Positions 36,122-64,000 of a stretch of 64,000 nt of DNA are shown here, in pieces. Position 1 is the stretch's first letter. Each line of letters begins with the position of its first letter. The DNA comes from Podarcis pityusensis (lineage: Eukaryota), in NCBI GenBank assembly GCA_964106645.2, contig OZ067040.1, one strand, 5' to 3'. The position numbers and the translations under genes were made by a program. The notes under the pieces are model-generated. The model ran no database searches. It saw only the letters and a list, made by a program, of their open reading frames with translations, and was not told where the DNA came from.

Positions 36122-36204
36122 TGGGGTGGGGTGGGGAGAAAGAGCCTGGCCCACTTTTGCTGCAAGAGGCCCATGACAACGGGCTGTGCTGTGCTGGCCA
36201 GACA

Positions 36205-36715
36205 CAGAATGATAGAGTTGGAAGAGACCCCGAGGGTTGTCTAGTCCAACACTGCAGGAATCTCAGCTGAAGAATTCCTGACGGATGGCTATCCAACCTC
36301 TGCTTAAAACTTCCAAGGAAGGAGAGTCCACCACCTTCAAATGTAGCCCATTCTCCACTGTCAAACAGCTCTTACCATCAAACCGTTCTTCCTGATGTTT
36401 AGTCATTATCTCCTTTCTTGTAACTGGAAGCCATGGGTTCAGGTCCTACTCTCCGGAGCAGGAGAAAAGCCGCTTGCTCCATCCTCTGTGTGACAGCCGT
36501 TCAGATATCTGAAGATGGCTCTCATATCTCCTCTGTCTCCTCTTTCAGGCTAAACATCCCCAGTTCCTTCCACCATTCCTCATAAGGGTTGGTTTCTTGA
36601 TCATCTTGGTCGCCGTCCTCTGCACACAATCCAGCTTGTCAATATCCTTAATTTGCGGTGCCCAGAATTGGACACAAGACTCCAGGTGGGGTCTGACCAA
36701 GGCAGAGGAGAACGC
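36205..36715 (-). mobile_element. CR1 LINE 3' fragment
   Basis: Minus-strand peptide [35 protein letters not shown] is the CR1 ORF2 C-terminus; CR1 3'UTR motif at ~36205-36300. Confidence 0.85.
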
Positions 36716-37962
36716 TACTTTACTAGCCAGGCAAGAATCTTCTCCTGGCTCAACTGGCACCCCTTTGCAAGGGGGGGGGGGGAGAGATGCTTCTTCCATA
36801 CTAATTCCCTGCTCCCCATATTGCAATACTTCCTGTGGCTGGGGCTCCTCAGTGCAGCTGTGTGCTCCTTGGGAGTAGCTGCAGAGCGACTCTGTGACCC
36901 AGCCTGGCACTGTGAAGAGCAGCACTTGCACCTACTTTGCCATCAAAACTGCCCCCCAATGCCCAGATGGAGAAGGGGCATGTTGCAGCCGTCACTCCAA
37001 GGAGAGCAGCACAGAGATGGGCGTCAGACTAGAGAGAATTGGTTTGTGTCCCTTTGCTCTGGGGCTGGCCGGCGGCCTCAAACCCCATTGCCCAGCAGAA
37101 CGTGGCTTCCCACACAACAGGAGGCCCTTTGACCAGAGCTGGGCCCCTCCGGCCCCCACCCAGCCAGTTGTACTGGACTTTGAGGACTCAGAATCCAAGT
37201 GCTGTGGCAGAATTAAACTGTACAGACTTAGAGTGGACAGTCCTTTCCTTCACATGACCCCCCCCCCCCCGTCTCTGCTGCTCCCACTGGGACCCAAACA
37301 CCCTCGCTTGGGGCTCTGGCAGTGCCATATGCTCCCCGGCTGCTCACCCTCCCAGGCCCCCAGAGGGCCCCTATCTGTACCTGGAGCACCCACATGAGAG
37401 TCGCCACCTTCCTTTTAGGGCTGCTCAGCTCTGAGCGCTGCTTGCGCCACCAGAGGCAGCTCACATGGCCACCCCCTTCCAACCTTGCCGGGGTGGGGGA
37501 GTGTCACATGTCAGCCATGGATGGGGCACCAAAAGCATGATTCTCCAGACCAGCTGCTGGGAAGTGCCAGTGGGCAGAAGGCTTGCAGGCTTCCCCTACG
37601 GCATCAGGTTGGCCACTGCAACTGGGCCCAGCGCTTCTTATCTGAGAAGAACCCCCCATCTGTGCCCAGAGACAGGGTCACCCTCCTTGTATACCAACAC
37701 ACACACAGATGGAGAAGACGGTCCCTTTGGCGAGGGAGGGAGTGGTTTCAATCCTGAGTGTGGTGCTGGGGTGGACAAAGGGGTTTCAACATCCCTGCCC
37801 AGCCCAGCCCCAGGATCAGCAGGAATGTGACTCTCTCCAGGTAACGGACAGAGTGACCCCTCCAACCCTCCGTGTTTTTCCTCTGAGAGTTGCTTTGGCT
37901 GCTTCCAGTTCTTCCCTTCAGCTGGTTAGAAAGATGGCAAGAGAGATGTAGAAACGATAACA

Positions 37963-37968
37963 TTTAAT
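37963..37968 (-). terminator. Probable IFT172 polyadenylation signal ATTAAA
   Basis: TTTAAT on + strand 40 nt downstream of the IFT172 stop codon. Confidence 0.5.
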
Positions 37969-38007
37969 TAGAAAGGAGGAAGGCTCCAGGGTCAGGTCCT
38001 GGCTGCG

Positions 38008-61564
<23,557 letters not shown>

Positions 61565-61995
61565 CGCCTTCCCGTCCCCGCAGGCCGCGCGGCGTCTCCG
61601 CCCGTTGCCCCAGCAACCGCCCCGGGAAAGCGGCCGCCTCTGATGACGTCGCCAGCGCCGCGCGGCGTGGAAGGAGGCAGGGCGCGCCGAGGCACAGAGA
61701 TCAACTAAAGGGCAGAGTGGCGCCCGCCCCATCTGGATAGGCATTTCCGGTCTCGTGCCGGAGGAGCTGTTTGGGGCGGGCGGAGTTCTCCTCCGCGTCC
61801 ACCCTGCACCGCTCCCTTCCTCGATCTCTCTACACGTTCCTATCTCTGTGGGTGAGGGTGCTGTCCGCGCATGCGCCCTGGCCCAGCCCAGGCGGCGGCG
61901 GCGGCGGCGGCGGCGTCTCGGAGCCCCTCCCTCCGTCCCTCCCTCCTTCCCTGCCTGCCTCCCTCCGTCCGTCCGCCCCGTCCGGTCCCTTCCCG
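61565..61995. promoter_or_regulatory. Bidirectional CpG-island promoter for IFT172 and the LDLRAP1-like gene
   Basis: 431 nt between divergent ATGs; X-box GTTGCCCCAGCAAC 61604-61617; CRE-like TGACGTCG 61644-61651; ETS ATTTCCGGT ~61743; NRF1 GCGCATGCGC 61867-61876; (GGC)8 at 61891-61914. Confidence 0.8.
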
Positions 61996-63644
61996 ATGGA
62001 GGCGCTGCGGGCGGCGGGCCGGGCCGTGCTGCGGAGCCCCAGCCTCGCCCGACACCGCCTGGGCGTCGCCCGCCTCCGCCGCCACCGTGAGTCCCTCCCC
62101 CGCCGCGGGAGCCCCACGTGGGACTCGGAGGGGGGCGCGGGGGGGTCTCTCGGGGCTGCCTCCTCCGCCCTGCTGGTCCCCGGTGGTCTGACGGGGCCCG
62201 GCGCCCCTTCCCTCCCTGCCTCCCCGCAGAGCTGCCGGAGTCGTGGTCCGACATGCGGGAGCCGCTGCTGGAGGGGATGGGCTTCGCCCTCAAGTACCTG
62301 GGCATGACGCTGGTGGAGAAGCCCAAGGGGGAGGACATGGCCAGCGCCGCCATCCACCGGATCCTCGCCACGGTAGGAGGCGAAAGGGAGACCCGAGGCT
62401 CGCGGGAGGCGGGGATGGCCACCAGCCGGGCGGCTTTTGGACTACAGCTCCCACCATCCCAGACCACTGACCTGCTAGCTAGGGAGGATGGGAGTTGTAG
62501 TCTAAAGACAGCTGGGAGCCATAGCTGTCAACGTTTCCCTTTTTTAAGGGAAATTCCCTAATTCCGAATAGGATTCCTCGCAAGAAAAGGGAAAAGTTGA
62601 CAGCTATGCTGGAGAGCCAAGTTTGAGAGACCCTGGGTTAAGAGGGGGAGAGGGTTGGCCATGGCTGCTGCTCTGCCTCCACAATCAAGGCAGCAGGATT
62701 CCAATTGCTGGAAATCCTGCTCTTGGGTTTCCCTTTGAGGCCTCTGGTGTCTCATGTTTTATGCTTTCAACTGAGCCTCGACATGATCAAGAGCAACCAG
62801 GGAATCTGGGACAAGATTGGAGGAGTCATGTGCTTGGATCGTTTGGTGCCAGAGAAAACTGTCAACAGATCAAACTCCTTTTAAGGGCAGACCTACATAA
62901 AGAACGTTGCAGCTGACATGTTTGGAAGTAGCTCAGAAAAAGCTGTCTTCTTGAAGGAATGTTGCAATTGAGGAATCTGTGAAAGTTGGCTGCTTGCTGA
63001 GGGTCTCACTGAAGGTCTTGTTCCCCTCAGACAGACTCACTGCTGATGACGCGGTGGCTGGTTTCAGGAGCCACTGGCTACACATCTTGGTGGAGATCAG
63101 ATCTGTTCTGGTTTCCCAACCTAAGAAAATAAGCTACTGTAGAGCCAGAATAAAGGGCAGCCCAAATGGTGCAGGGATTGGAAGAAACCTTACTGCATCT
63201 GGGGCTTCCTGATTTGGAGAAAAGGGTTTTGTCCGGACATGCTGTCTCCAGGTGTGACGATGACCACCAGCCTAGATCTATCTTTGAAAGGGGATTGGAC
63301 AAATCTACGGATAAGGAGATGGAGATGCCTCCCAGTGGGAATTCTCTGTCTGCAAAAAATAGAATGTTTCCTGAGTTCCTTCTGTGCTCCAGCCTGCCTC
63401 TTTTATAGGATGGGTGCAGGGTGAAGGGGGGAGAGCTTCTTGGAAGTCTGCTAGGAGCTGAGGGCTGGGCTAGGGGGTCTTCTGTGATTATCCAGGAGAC
63501 CTCCTTCCCCATCTCTACCTTCACTCCTCAGGCTCGGGTGGGGCCCAAGAAATTCCGGAAGGTGATCTTGACTGTCTCCCCACGAGGCCTCTCTCTGCAA
63601 GACGCTGAGACCAAGGAGACCATTGAGACCATCTCCATCTACAG
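61996..63644 (+). CDS. LDLRAP1/ARH-like PTB-domain adaptor (probable paralog), exons 1-3; continues beyond the right edge
   Basis: Exons 61996-62086, 62230-62372, 63532-63644 give MEALRAAGRAVLRSPSLARHRLGVARLRRHQLPESWSDMREPLLEGMGFALKYLGMTLVEKPKGEDMASAAIHRILATARVGPKKFRKVILTVSPRGLSLQDAETKETIETISIYR, colinear with ARH (MDALKSAGRALIRSPSL...LLEGMLFSLKYLGMTLVEQPKGEE...VSPRGI...SIYR). Confidence 0.88.
62520..62608. mobile_element. Short palindromic MITE nested in another repeat
   Basis: TIR CATAGCTGTCAAC...GTTGACAGCTATG; imperfect flanking duplication CTGG(A)GAGC. Confidence 0.55.
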
Positions 63645-64000
63645 GTTTGTGAGGATGCTTCTGCAAGGTAGGGATGCTGGAGGCCAGGGAGCTGCCTGGC
63701 TGAGCCCCTCTCTGCACGGCTGCCTGGCTGAAGACTTGCCCGCTGGCTGGGCTGTGAGCAAGCATAAAAAGCAAGCAGACAGGCACCCAGTTGGGCACTG
63801 GGGAAGCCAAGTGAGGGGCAGCCCGCAGGCGTCTCCTTTGGAACAAAGCCCTGCTGTCCTGGGGGACGTGGTTTGCTGGGGAGCCCCATCATGGTCGCTC
63901 CCTGGGGGTGCGTGGAGGGGCTGCTCCCCGGTTCCAGCTCCTGCTGCCCACAGGACAGGGACATTTTCTGCTCTTCCTGTTTCCGTAATCCACTGCTGGG

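Noticed and set aside
61996-63644. Assigning the symbol LDLRAP1
   Set aside because: Divergence and non-matching synteny suggest a paralog; orthology needs a phylogeny.

Overview
Vertebrate genomic DNA, most likely a squamate (lacertid-like lizard, judged from Sauria SINEs, CR1 and lizard-type L1). It is GC-rich, gene-dense and has one 200-N assembly gap. Five protein-coding genes were reconstructed exon by exon from splice sites and reading frame: PPM1G (- strand, first 5 coding exons, runs off the left edge), NRBP1 (-, complete, 17 coding exons, 544 aa, plus a 24-nt cassette microexon), KRTCAP3 (+, complete, 226 aa), IFT172 (-, complete, 48 exons, 1749 aa, two GC-AG introns) and an LDLRAP1/ARH-like PTB adaptor (+, first 3 exons), which shares a short bidirectional CpG-island promoter carrying an RFX X-box with IFT172. 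The most striking observation is a 5'-truncated L1 insertion with a 19-bp target-site duplication and TTAGGGTTAGGGTTAG at its 5' junction, in exactly the register expected if telomerase extended the free target-site end during retrotransposition. Also notable are the NRBP1 VFHRIFAN microexon with SRRM4/RBFOX-type motifs, a candidate alternative last exon giving a truncated IFT172, and NRBP1 inverted relative to the human locus. Most ORFs in the supplied track are GC-driven noise. Gene identities rest on recalled homolog sequences, not database searches.
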